A stretch of 64,000 nt of DNA from assembly GCA_002189035.1 (NCBI GenBank), contig NEEC01000012.1, positions 1,054,001 through 1,118,000 of the forward strand, given 5' to 3'. The notes below the pieces were generated by a model. It was not told the origin of the DNA. It saw only the letters and a list, made by a program, of their open reading frames with translations, and did not search any database. Of this stretch, positions 40,815-53,569 are shown in pieces (within the stretch, counting starts at the first letter, position 1; each line of letters starts with the position of its first letter). The position numbers and the translations under genes were made by a program. This DNA comes from Utricularia gibba (taxonomy: Eukaryota; Plantae; Magnoliophyta).

Positions 40815-41830
40815 GTCATCACACCCACGTCTAATAAGTTAATAAATTAACTTAAAGTAAAAAAATAAGTAGGAGTTGTTTGTTTTACCTTAATTATATT
40901 TAAAATTTGTAAATAATAGTCTAAAATACTTGATAAGTGATTTTGTGTCATTTCAAAGCATATTTTTTCATTATTTTTGAATGCTATTTTTACTTATCTT
41001 AAAATCTAATTTCTTATTATTTTCAATTGATTTTGCATATTTTATATTACTTTCGTCTTTTCGAAGAGAAAGTATATTTTATGAATTTTTAAAGCATTTT
41101 TGAATCAATTTAAGAATAAATCAAGACCTATCAAATTATGAACTTGATGGGTCACGAATCTCAACCCAAGACTCGATTAAACGATGAAGATTTAGTCTAA
41201 GATTAATGGATAAAATAAAGATTTAAAGATAATATTGAAAGATTCAAATAAAAGATTTGGATAAAAGATCTTATCTAAGTACATCAAAGAAACCCAATAC
41301 AAAAACTTCGATTTGCTTTTCTACAAATACCCCAATCTATCAACCATTAGAGACGTCTTCTGATCAACTTTCCCTTGTATTTTTTCTTATTTTCATGTTA
41401 GAGTTGCACTTGCGGCTAAGGATCTATGGTGAAGCTTTGCACAAGTCTTGCATGTGTGATTGTTTTACTATGTTTTTTGACATTTAAATTGAAGTTTGCT
41501 TCGGTTTTTTACAATGTTATTTTCATGAACAAGCACCTAAAGAGAAGGAAGTGTGAAAGAATCAAAGGTTGATCTTAAGCACTTAAGGAGAAGCGTTTCA
41601 TCAAACATCTTTCGTAAGACACATTCTATCTAATCTGTTTGCAATGTATGAGATGTAGAGGTTAGATTTGAACATGGGGAGAATATGAGTTATCACAATA
41701 GATGAAATTACTCTAATGACATAGTTGATTCCATAATCTCACAAAATAAAGGACGGTGGTATAACGATCACTTAGTAGCACAATTGTGAAATAACATTTC
41801 CAAAGCTTGTACAAGCAGGTCAGTTCTAAA
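40815..41830 (+). repeat. Unassigned LTR-like fragment interrupting the Copia gag
   Basis: Non-coding stretch with LTR-like composition that replaces the expected gag continuation. No TSD identified. Confidence 0.3.
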
Positions 41831-42239
41831 AGTTTGTAAACACACATAAAGATGAGTTTTGAACAAGGTAAATCTTAGGTTTAAGATCACTTTTCTTGAT
41901 TGTTTTAAAATCAAATCTTTCTTTTAATTTTAATTTTTTTAAATTTTTCTTGGAAAAGAAAATTCCAATAACAATTTCCCGTAGATACGATCTTATTTTA
42001 TTATTTCGATGGTTTCTGTATACTTGCAAAATTACTATCAATACCCTTATATTCATATAAATGCTTTTAATAATATAAAGTATATTTATTATTCCCATAT
42101 AATTACAAATCAATGTTTCAAAGTTATTTAGTAAATTAATAATTATTTTTTTTTCATAATTTAATGTATTTATTAATATTTGTAGCATTATATGAATTGC
42201 AATATGTAATAAAGTAATATCAACACAAATCTCATTCAA

Positions 42240-42830
42240 TCGTAATAATATGCATAATAAACGATTGATTGAGCTACATGAACTCTTAAAACAACAAGAG
42301 ATAAACTAAACTTGATGGTAGGAGACATTTTTAATTCATTCTACTAATTGATACACATATTGCATCATGTAAGGCATTGATATATCCATAGTTGAGGATG
42401 CAAAAGCTTTTACTACTGGTAGAGCTGCTTTAGGATTTTATGGTGGAGTAGAATTATCGGCTTCAAAATATAAGAAATCCGGATCATTTTCATCAACTCT
42501 CTTGATAAAATTGACATAGTTGCTGGTACAATAAGTACTTGATCTTGCCATGAAAATTTTAAAGTAAGTTTGTTAACTATGTCAAATTTTGACTTCCACA
42601 CACCAAAACTTTGCTCAATTACAGAATGTAGTGAAGAATGTCGATAATTATACATCTTTGTCGGATTTCTAACCCATGGATTAGCATTAAACTCTTCCAA
42701 ATGGTACCTTTGACCTCTATATGATGTCAAAAATTATTTTCAGGTGAGTGCATAACTTGTGATAATATAGAAATATCATACATTTATCCTTCATATCCTA
42801 AAGCTACAAAGATGAATAGCATATTGAACT
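42240..42830 (-). mobile_element. PIF/Harbinger transposase C-terminal fragment
   Basis: YRGQRYHLEEF...NPTKMYNYRHSSLHSVIEQSFGVWKSKF (42413-42730) matches the YRGxRYH...FNxRHSSLRxVIERxFGxLKxRF motif. Confidence 0.85.
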
Positions 42831-44122
42831 CACATACTACGAAAATATTCCATGTGGCTTCACAGTATCGATCAAAAAAAGGAGGTCTATCTTTTTTTCT
42901 AATTCTCGCAAGAATATGAGTACAATCAATGGCACCAACTGCATCTTGAAAATGAGGCTAAAATTGAGAATCATTTCTTATTTTTGCAGGGGGAGTTGAT
43001 ACCACATATTTTTGAGTAATTGAATACAAGGAAATGATTTATATTGTGCTACAAAAATTAAGCTTTATTGACTACTTATGCTTTTTATTCGAAGTTGGGA
43101 TTAAATATAGTCCCAATCTTAGTTCTAATAGTTTTATTTGAGCAATGCAATGCATGTCGGCAACCTAAATCTCAAGGAGCTGGATATGAACAATACAATG
43201 GTAGAGGATGAGGCAAAAGTCTGAAAAGAAGGACACAAAATCCAAAGAGAGTAAAAAGGGAGGATTTTTGACACAAAATGAGAGAAGATGGAGAGAGAAA
43301 AGGGACTCCCCCCCCCCCCCCTTCCCCCTATTGGAACACAAGATACATTTTTTGGAGAAGACTTTTGAGGGAATAAGTAGGATGACAAACTAGGAACAAA
43401 GCTGATGTTTGAAGACTTTCTTTTATTTCCAAAGAATATTACTCTCAATTAAGAGTAGCTACCTACAATTATAGTTTTCTATTAAATTTTTTAAATTCCT
43501 TACTTGTTTAGTTTCTGGATATTGACTTTGAAATGAGTACAATGTGGATGATGTTTACTTTCAGTTTTCATTTCCCTTAAGCATGAGTGGGCAAGTATTT
43601 TGGGATGTCTTGGGGTGAAAAGGAGAGAAATATGCTAATTAATTTTTAGATTTTATTAACTATAAGTCACGCCACTTCCTTAATAAACTAGGATAGATCC
43701 ATAATAGGGAAATAGTGAAACTCATCTTAACAATCCTAATTTGAAGTAGACCAAAGATTTGGGGTAAAACAAGAGTTTGAGTAGACCTAAACTTTGTTTA
43801 TTAGATGTTTTATTTATGGCTTGTGTAAGCGTATTTTAGTGATAAGAATACATCTTCTAGGAGTCGCAAGACACCACTCATTTTATCTTTGGAACAACAT
43901 AGTTCAAAAGCTTGTTAGTTTTATTTACTGTTGAGATTAAATCTATCAGCGTAACACTGATTGTATGCATTGATATCACATGACAAACACCTGGTCTTCA
44001 TGTTCCACCCTAATAACTATACTACTAATTGTATTATATTTGAATGTGTATTAGTTATAAATTTTATTTTGATAGGAAAATTTATAATTTCAACAACGCT
44101 ATAAAATTTTCATTTATCAAAT

Positions 44123-44140
44123 TGGCATCGTTGCCGGGGA
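44123..44140 (+). other. Primer-binding site, tRNA-Asp type
   Basis: TGGCATCGTTGCCGGGGA vs canonical Athila TGGCGCCGTTGCCGGGGA. Confidence 0.9.
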
Positions 44141-45292
44141 GTAGTGTTTAATTGTTTTGTGATTTAGTTCATGCATTTGCGTTCTTCTGGTACAAGTGAT
44201 CTTGTTTTCTATCTTAAAATGGAGAGAGCTATCAGTAAGAACTACACAAGATTGAGAGATGCAGCAAGGTTGAGAAGACTCCCTACTGCAACTTAAATGA
44301 ATTTCATCAAGGCAGAAAAGGAGAAGACCTTGAATGAGCTTGATGCAGCTGACCATACGTACAGGGCTTTATGTATCAGGTTTTGTGATGACACAGCCAA
44401 TGAATTGAAGCCAAGTATGATTAATTTTCTACCTAAGTACTATGGAAAAGTGAGGGAAAACCCACATGAACATTTGGATAATGTCACTATTGTTTGCACC
44501 TCTTTTAAGAGTGATAGGATGATTGAGGATGCTATCTATCTGAGGTCATTCCAATTTAAACTAGAAGGAAGTGCAAAAACATGGCTCAACTCTTTATAGC
44601 GTGGGAGCATCATAGATTGGAGTGATATGAAGAGGGTATTCTTGAGTAAATATTTTTCTGCTTCAAATGCTGAAGGAATAACGAAGGAGATCAGTGACAT
44701 TGAGCAAACAAGTGGAGCGTCTTTACATGAATATTGGGAGTATTTTAATCATTTTCTAGAATCTTGCCCACACCACAGATTTTAGACCAATGCATTGGTC
44801 AAATATTTTTATGATGGCCTTCTATGTACAGATTGAGCTATGGTGGATTTTTCTGTAGGTGGATTTCATGAAAATAGACTCCCACAGAAGCTCTTGGATT
44901 GCTTGAGGAGTTGGCTGAGCACTCTGGACATATTATCAGAAAACAAGCCTTGAACAGAAAGGTTTATGAGTTGGAATGCAGGCCAAAGGCATCAAAAACT
45001 CTCTATCTTGACAAGGCACTCTTACAAAAGTACATTTGCAAAATTCAAGAATGGATTGCATTAGTGTCGCTATAATAGAGACTATTTCAGCATTTAGAGT
45101 CTCAGCTTCATCTTTAAAATTATCAGTACATGGGGAAGAATTGTTGGAAGAAGACATGGATGCGTTGTGTTTTACAATGATGTATAGCCTTAATTTTATA
45201 GATGAAAAAAGTGGAATCTTTGTAAGAAATCACATGTAATAGTTGTATAAACCCGCTTAAAATTGTTGTTGAAAAGCAAATACACCTAATAA

Positions 45293-45400
45293 AGCATATG
45301 GAATTGATGCAGAAAAGCAAGGGGAATTGATGTAGAAAAGCACATGGAATTGATGCAGAAAAACACATGGAATTGATGTAGAAAAGCACATGAAATTATT
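45293..45400 (+). repeat. 23-bp tandem repeat, ~4.5 copies
   Basis: GAATTGATG(C/T)AGAAAAGCACATG starting at 45301, 45324, 45347 and 45370. Confidence 0.95.
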
Positions 45401-45456
45401 ACATAAAATCAAATTCAGTCCAACATCCACATGAAATTGTTCAACTATAAAGAAAA

Positions 45457-46150
45457 CTACTTTAGATTAGCACTCTTATATGCTCTAATAAATGTCAACT
45501 TCTCTTCATTACTTGTCATACTCATAAAAGCTTCATGATAAATTGTCCATCCAAATGCCAATGCAGCAACTCCAAATATACTTGGATCCCCTTGTGCTTT
45601 TGGAATTCCCCTCACCATATTTAAGTACTCTGCAATCGAGGGTGCCTTTGATCTTTGAGGCACATATCAATTAGATCCACTCTTTAACTAATTTGTTAAA
45701 GCAACAACTGTCTCAACCAACTTTTCTACTGTTTCTTTCATGGTTCTTCTTTAATGTTTCCCACATTAGCACTGGTCGCACCAACTTCCACACTTCCCTA
45801 AACATTAATAGATTAGAAGTAAATTGATATAATGCTAAAATAACTTAGATAGTAATATACTTGTTGTGGACTATCATAAAATGATGGTTGTTCATTCATT
45901 CCAATATCAATATTGTTGAAAAAGTCATCATCTTTGATATTTATGTTGTCTAAGTTAACTGATGCATCACCATCATTAGTAGAGCTATCAACTCTAGTCG
46001 ACATACAATAAAGTGCTCGTGGAGGGACCTTGCCATTTATAGTATTCCATGCCAAATCAATTGTTATAGTTAGTGGGGTGAAGATAACACTTTGCGAGTC
46101 AGAATAAATAGGTGGAGTTGTCTTGAATTTTTTGCATCCTAGCATCTCCT
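45457..46150 (-). pseudogene. Harbinger ORF1-like Myb/SANT-associated protein fragment
   Basis: KKFKTTPPIY...IF...DLAW (45813-46145) and C-terminal PSIAEYLNMVRGIP...IFGVAALAF...EAFMSM...EKLTFI (45457-45663) resemble Harbinger Myb/SANT-like ORFs. Confidence 0.65.
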
Positions 46151-48662
46151 ACAAAATACAAAATAATTGGGTCATAATGCATTTATCAATTATACATAAG
46201 GGAAAATACAGCAAAAAATCATCTTAATTATTCTTGACCACCATTCATTTGTTCTGGTTATGATTCCCAATTTGTCATCCTAACTTCAGGAAGACATGTA
46301 GGAGATGAGAAACACAAATCATACAGAAAGATGATGAGCCAGAGCATCCCCTACTTTAAACACCATGCCAACATGCTGAATCTGAAGTACCTTGACTTTA
46401 CCAACGAGGAACAATTAGAAAGGTACAACGAGGTAAAGGGAGCCTAGGTGATACCTAGTCGTGTAATCAATTATGAAATTTTGGTTGAACTAGGAATTGT
46501 TGAGAACGTTTATTCTATGCTGGAAGGCACAAATTTGTTAATATTGTGTGACATGAACTACCCTGCACATGTTGAGTTAACCTATGAGTTTGCCGCTACC
46601 TTTTCATTTGCTGCTACAAATTTTTATTTTTATTTTTCTTTGTCTTTTTCTTTTTATTTTTATGGCATTAGTCTCAGTTAGGAGTAATTTAGTAGTGCAA
46701 TGTTATGATCAGGACAATTTTGTGAATGATTGAGGAATTTTCTTACAAGCGTGGGATGTTTTTCATGATCCACGAAATGCATTAATTTTTTTATGGCTAC
46801 TTATGAACCAGTGAGCATGTTTTCCCTTTATTATTTTCATGAGGTAGCAACATGTTCAATTTAGTCAGATTGGTGCATTCAAGATTTTTTTCTTTTTTTT
46901 TGTAAATTGGCATGTATTGATCTTTAATGAAAGACTGGTTGTCATGAAATCCATAGACAGTAAAAACAAAGGGGTCAGAAAAGCATCATCACCAGAAAAG
47001 CAATGAGACCCACACCTTGAAAAGTAACACACAACAAAAGAATGTGTGTAGATGGTAGAGTAAAGAGTATAGAGAAGTACAACCTAAAGGAGTAGAAGGG
47101 TCCCTTGGATGAATAAGGAGGGGAGTGCATTGCCCACACTCATATATAAAGAGGGAAAGCAACAATTACCTGAGTTGAACTCTGAACTTTCTTTGGTGTC
47201 GATCTCTGTAGAAAAAATACAAAAGAGAATCAAAAAAAAGGGAAAGAAAAATTAGCAACAACCAGGATTCTTTGGAGGTACGCATATGCTATTCTTGCTC
47301 TTTTAATTTTCGAATGCACCTTTTAAGATGAAACTGTCATCTATGCTTGAGTGACACCCTCACATACACATTGGCACCCTTTCAATTCATGTATTTTGGA
47401 CTGAATGTTAAGCATCCACATCGCTGTGTAGAAGATCCATTAACTATTTACCTCCTATTAGTCTTATTTAGGACTTGAGGACAAGTCTAATGTTGTTGTA
47501 GCATAATGTGATAACACATATTTTTGAGTAATTAAATACAGGGAAATAACTCATATTGTGCTACAAAAATTAAACTTTACTACTTAGTTCTATATTTTTG
47601 CACATAATACCATAGTTGTGTTTTTTTAGTCTTAGTTGGGACTAAATCTACAAGTTAGTCCCAACCTTACTTCCAATAATTTTCTTTGAGCAATGTAGCA
47701 CATGTTGGCAATACAAATCCCAAAGAGCCAGATATGAATAGTGTAGTGGTAGAAGATGAAGAAAAAAAGTCTTAAAAGAAGAACACAAAATCCAAGGAAA
47801 GGAAAAAGGAGGATTTTGTATAAAAAAAGGAGATAAGATGGAGAGAGAAGGTGATCTCCCCCATTTGAGACATACGACACATTCTTTTTGACAAAGATTT
47901 CAGGGGGATGACGATCCGAAAGAACAAGTTTCCCTTTTGATGAATATTGTTCCTAGTTGAGACTAGTTTTCATTTTTCCTTCAGGAACAGCTTACTGTTT
48001 ATGCTCTGTTACGCATCTTATGTTGTTGTTTAGCCTTGAGAATAGAATGTTGCTTAGGATGTATTATGAAGATGCTTTCCTTTCCCTTGTTATGAGTGGC
48101 TAAGTATTTAGGGGTGCCTTGGGGTGAAAAGAGGAAAAATGTGCTAATCAATCTTTAGATTTAATCAACCATAAGTCACGCCACTTTCTTAACAAACCAG
48201 AATATATCCAAGAAGGGAAAGTAGTGAATCTCATCTTAACAACTCTAATTAGAAGTCGATCAAAGATTAGAGCGAAAACAAGAATTCGAGTAGACCTAGA
48301 CTTTGTTTGTTAGTTGTTTAATTTATGGTTTGTGTGAGTGTGTTTAGTGATAAGCATACATCTCCTAAGAATCTCAAGGCATCACCTATTTCATATTAGA
48401 AACAAACGAGTTCAGAATTTTGTTACTTTTCTTTAGTGTATTTTATCACACTTCAACCTTAGTCGTAGTTAAGACTAAATCTATCAACGTGACACTAATT
48501 GCATGCATTGACTTTCACATAGCAAACACCTAGCTCATTGTGTTTGACCCTAGTATACTATGCTCATATATTTTATATGATTTGATGTGAATTAGGTTTA
48601 TAAATTTTATTTGATTGGAGAAATTCGCATTTTAACGATGTGCAAATATTTTTTGTTTATCA

Positions 48663-50030
48663 GATCATTTGCATATGTACACAAGGATGATTCACTATGA
48701 AGCAAACAAGATGATAAATCACAAAAGCTTGTTTTCATTGGCTATGACCAGAGTTCAAAGCAGTACAAGCTATTTGATCTAGTGAAGAATCAAATCCTTC
48801 TCAATAGGGACGTGATTTTTCATGATTCTGAGAGTTGGAATTGGAAGCATGTTTTTTGTCCATACGCTTTCATTAACGATTCTCTATTGGATGATGATTT
48901 ACAGGTTCCAATGACTGCACCTATTGATCTTAAAAATATGGAACAAGCACTAGTAAGAGAGACACGAGTCAAGAGTATTCCAAGGCAGTTGGAAGATTTC
49001 ATATATGACTTTCCTGGATAGAGTCTACGAATTTTACCAAAAAGTTGGAAATTTCAGTCACTTTTGTCTCTTTTTAGAAACTGAACGAGTGGAATTTTTT
49101 GAAGTTTTAAGGAACTAATGTGGTAGGAAGCAATGGAACAAGAGATAAAATCATTAGAGAAGAACCAAACTTAGAGCATTGTTGATGGACTCCAAAAAAG
49201 GTGTGATTGGAGTCAAGTGGCTCTATAAAATCAAATGCAAAGCAAGTGGTGAGATAGATAGGTATAAACCAAGGTTGGTGGCCAAAGGATACAAACAACG
49301 AAAAAGGGGTTGGTTAGTTTTTGCCCCTATTGCAAGGATGGAGACTGTCAGAATTCTTGTTTTGTTGACTGCTCAATTTAGGTGGAGAATGTGTCAAATG
49401 GATGTTAAAACCACAATCTAAAATGTAGTATTGGAGGAAGAAGTATATGTTGAACAGTCATTGGGTTTTTATCAAAGAAGGAGATGATGGAAAGGTACAA
49501 GGCACTGTATGGCCTTAAGCAAGCTCTTAGAGCTTGGAATAATACAATTAATATTTATATGAAGAATAAGGGCTTTGTAAAGTGTGTTTATGAACACTCA
49601 CTTTATGTTTCTGGATCCTCCATTTCTCACTTCAAAGGGGAGATGAGCAAAGCTTTTGATATGACTGGTATGCTGAATTATTACATAGGTATTGAAGTTG
49701 CTAAAAAGGCTGATGGAATCTTCATTTCACAAAAAGTCTTTATTAAAGAAGTCTTAAAGAAATATTCCATGGCTGAGTGCAATCCAGTCGATACCCCTTC
49801 TAAAGTTGGCCGTATATTAAGCATAGAAGACCAATGTGCTGCTGTGAATCCTACAGCCTATAAAAGCCTGGTTGATTCATTACATTATATTACAAGTATC
49901 AGGCCTGATATTTTGTTTACTATTGGTTTGGTATGCAGATTCATGGAAAATGCAAGGGAAACTCATATGAAAGCAGCTAAATATTCTGAGGTACTTGAAG
50001 GGGACATTGGACTATGGCTTTTGGTTTCTG
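48663..50030 (+). pseudogene. Copia pol fragments (post-integrase region and RT)
   Basis: DDKSQKLVFIGYDQSSKQYKLFD...NRDVIF, IGVKWLYKIK...YKPRLVAKGYKQ, FAPIARMETVR...QMDVKT, LYGLKQALRAWN, YKSLVDSLHYITSIRPDILF. Confidence 0.92.
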
Positions 50031-50366
50031 TTGTAAATCGAACACCAAAACAAGGAAACGATCAAAATCTCTGATATGTGACACACTATCCTAAAGAATT
50101 TCTCGATCCCTTAGAATTCAAGAGGTTTTTCGAGAACACAATCTTAGAAATCAGTTGAATATGTAGATCTAACCCTAATGGATTTGAGAAAAAAATGAGG
50201 CAAAACATGGGCTTGACCTACACATTTTGCACCCCCTCCTGTGTGCATAGCCTTTTGGATTTCCGGATTTCAGTATAAGTATGCTGTTGCCTTTGTAAGA
50301 AAGGGATGACTGTGTTTTATGCATGAAAGCAGAATATATTTTACTTTGATCTCTTCCTCAATAACA

Positions 50367-50480
50367 AGACCTACTTGGACATATAGCCGTCTCTCCGCGT
50401 GGTGGTATCGGAGCTCTATCCTGATGTCAAGTATACCACAGTGGACGAGTACCTTGACCGCTTTATATGGACACTTGATG
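50367..50480 (+). pseudogene. IFR/PCBER-like pseudogene, remainder of last exon
   Basis: (Q)TYLDI*PSLRVVVSELYPDVKYTTVDEYLDRF matches the IFR-family C-terminus xNFEIEPSFGVEASELYPDVKYTTVDEYL, with GAG>TAG stop. Confidence 0.92.
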
Positions 50481-53400
50481 TTCTCGTGTGTTCTCTATGA
50501 ACTTTGCTTCTGCAACCTATGCTGAAAAAAAAGGGAGTAAAAAAGTTCTAAATAGGGAGATTCCTAAAAAATGAATTGCTTCTGGAATTTGATTGAAACT
50601 AATTGCTACACCATGGAAGAAATGCATGTATATATTAGATAGTGATTATTTTATATCCATGATGCACTAAAAATCCATATTTATATGAACTAAAAATGGA
50701 TTGGCTGAATAAAGAGATGAACTAAAGAACAGATGAAGAATTGAAATAACAGTTTAGAAATGAAAGAACGAAAATGTTATGGATTTACAAAGACTATATT
50801 TATCTAAAATAAACAATAAAAAACTATTGAAATCAATAATAATATGGTTGCAGTAGGGCGCGAGGGAAAAATCAGAGGTACATTTTTGCTACGTTTTTAA
50901 CGCCACTTTTATGTGCGAATCTTTTCATTTAACTGTTGTTTTGTTGCCTTGTGCTTGTTGTCTTGAATATCAAACACATATTGAATACATAATATTGTAA
51001 TATGTAATACGATCCCCCACCACTTCAAGTTATTTTATAAAATTAAAATCTAATATTGGAAGGTCAAAAAAACAATTAATTAAATCATAAATTTTATCAG
51101 ATTAAAATGTCATAATAATTAGAATTTTTCATTTTTCTTTCCATGGACTCTTATTAATTATCGTTTTCCATTCTTTTTCTTCAAGTTTTCTTGTTCTAAC
51201 GATTTGAACCATTTAAGATTTAGGTGTGTTTCTTCTAATGAGATGCGTGTATTGGATTTGTTTTTTTTTTGTATTCAATCGAATTTCATTCTATTTATAG
51301 ATGAATGATCAAATCAATGAGATTTCATTAAAAATTAGCTAAACTTAACGGAAGAGCTGATTTGTAGATGAAGAATTAGCATACTAATCCCCTTTCATCC
51401 CTCCCATTTGTGGTCGATAGGGAATTCTTTTTATGAGGTGTTGCAATAATCAAGGCCGAGTTGATGCATTCTAATTCAAAAAAAATATTATAACATGAAT
51501 GTCTTTTCGAGGGAAAAAATAAATAAAATGTAACAGAAAAAAAAACTATAATTCATTTTTAGTTTATGTATAATATAAGAGGAGATTCGATGAAAAGTGT
51601 AACCGAATTTTCTGGGTGCATTCATGCTTTTGGAAATGGAGTGTGAGAGTCGTTTATTTAAAAAATAGTCAGGATCCAAGCGACTGAACCTTTACATCCT
51701 AAACAGGAAAGAAATTACTTATAAAGAAACCTTATGTTAAAGCCACTGATTAACTTGAAAATTCCATTTGATTCTCTAGTAACGAATCATTAAAGCAAAG
51801 TTTTTGAAGTCTAGACACGACATGGTACACTTTCTACCACTACGCTAGTATAACAAATGGTTTTAAAAAATCTAATTTATTGATATAGGATACTCGCTGT
51901 TTTCATGCAGCTATTTAAACTAATTATAAATTAGCACCCAACACATCTACTCAAAGATTTCATTGATGTTCTCATTGTGAATTGTAAAATTGAACTCTCT
52001 AATGTTCACTGTATCATCATCATCCCTATACTCCGTCTTTTAATCATTCTATTTTGCTTCTGAAATCTCTAACAATTTTTCTTAATGTGCCTCATTTTTT
52101 TCTTTTTTTTTTTTTTGCAAAAATGGCATTCCAAATTGTCATATTTATTCATTTGCCTACTGTATTTTGCATCTTTCGAGTCATCTTCTCATGGGAAGTG
52201 TATTTTTGACTTGATCAAGCCAGATATTTGAAGAACTCGTTAATGTGATCATGAGAGTCTTCTGGGAATACGGCAAAGTAGCTAGCTCCCACAACAGTAG
52301 AAGATTATCTTCGAAAAATGTCTATTGTCACCACTACAACATCACACATTAAATTTCATTTAAATGGTTCACATCGAAAGTTCCTATACTTCAAAGTAAT
52401 TAACTTTGTGCTCTTTGTGTGTATCTTATCACCAACATGTTGATACACATTTTCTTCAATAAATCAAAGAATAAAATCACAAGATAGCTAATGCTCAAAA
52501 TCCTATTCTTCATTAGTCATTGATGGTGAGTTTTTTTCTGCTAAAAACAGGAAGATATATTCATCATAAGAAGCAAATCCTTCATCTTGGATTTTCACAA
52601 GAGATAATGTATCCCATTTAACTCGATTATACAGATGATCTTGATTTCCATGGTTTTTAGTATCAATTAGGAAAATGCCGAATTTATTAACTTATTATAC
52701 AAATAAACTTAGCTTTGATATCACTTGTTGTGTCAAAGCATTATTAAAACGATAAATTAATTGAAAAATCAAGAGGATACATATCCAAATTTTACATATT
52801 TCACACCAATACCAAGGGTACATCCGTTTCCAACTACGTTACAAATAAATGCACTCTGATAAATTATGACTATTCTCTTTTAATTTATTCCTAAAAAACT
52901 CAATCAGATAAGAAACATAAATAAAAAAAAATACACGCCAACATTGAATTCGTACTCAAAATTTTACACAATACTCTTTGATTGAGAACATGATTAAATG
53001 ATATGAGAGGTATGAGTAGTCCTCTATTTTTAAGTAACCAATACACGCCAACATTGAAACTTATGGCCACGCATTTTTATCTTCTTCTTTGGTTTAGTGG
53101 TCCCCACACTACGTGAAGGGATCTAGGGATTCTAAATCGTATTTGGAACAACAGTGACACTTATGTAGAATTAATGTGAATATTGGGATATTGGTCGTAA
53201 TTGAAAGAAAAAAAAATTAAAGGATTAGTCTTTTGTCTATATGAATCATTCAAGCCGACAAAACTGTCAATATTATATGTGAACATATTGAAAAATATAA
53301 GAGAGAAGTCGAGATTTCAAAATACTTGCAGTAGGCATATTGCTCTTATTCAGTGTTGATGAAGTCATGGCAGGAGAGTTAGTTGAATTTAGAATAAAAT

Positions 53401-53569
53401 AATATTGGTTTGATAATCCAAGACAGAGGTTATGTAAAAGCAACAGGAAGAAATGCGATTAATTGAATTTCCTGTTTCGGGTATTATATTCCCTGTTGTT
53501 TCGTAAATGGGCCTCGAGTTGATTATATAAGTCCAGACGGGGCTTGTCTCAGGATTCGATTTTTCAAAT

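Larger units (their letters stand above)
42997..48662 (+). mobile_element. Athila-like element (family B LTRs), pol deleted
   Basis: LTR 42997-44119, PBS 44123-44140, gag 44250-45040 (ENPHEHLD...FQFKLEGSAKTWLNSL), env-like ORF ~46370-46620 (EILVELGIVENV...YPAHVELTYEF), LTR 47509-48662. LTRs clearly diverged; flanks GGAGT and GATCA do not match. Confidence 0.8.
40378..50366 (+). mobile_element. Ty1/copia LTR retrotransposon with nested insertions, inserted in the IFR-like gene
   Basis: TGTTGG...AATAACA with exact TSD AGACC (40373-40377 and 50367-50371). 5' LTR 40378-40649, PBS TGGTATGAGAGC 40653-40664, gag start ~40670-40815, pol fragments 48663-50030, 3' LTR remnant 50272-50366. Confidence 0.93.

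Noticed and set aside
41826-42239. 137-aa minus-strand ORF
   Set aside because: Extremely AT-rich, I/N/K-biased, with no motif; a chance open frame.
45293-45400. CRISPR-like array
   Set aside because: Units are contiguous with no unique spacers, and the context is eukaryotic.
51350-51850. Possible plastid (matK/ycf1-like) insertion or miRNA hairpin
   Set aside because: Translations did not match plastid proteins I know, and no convincing stem-loop was visible.
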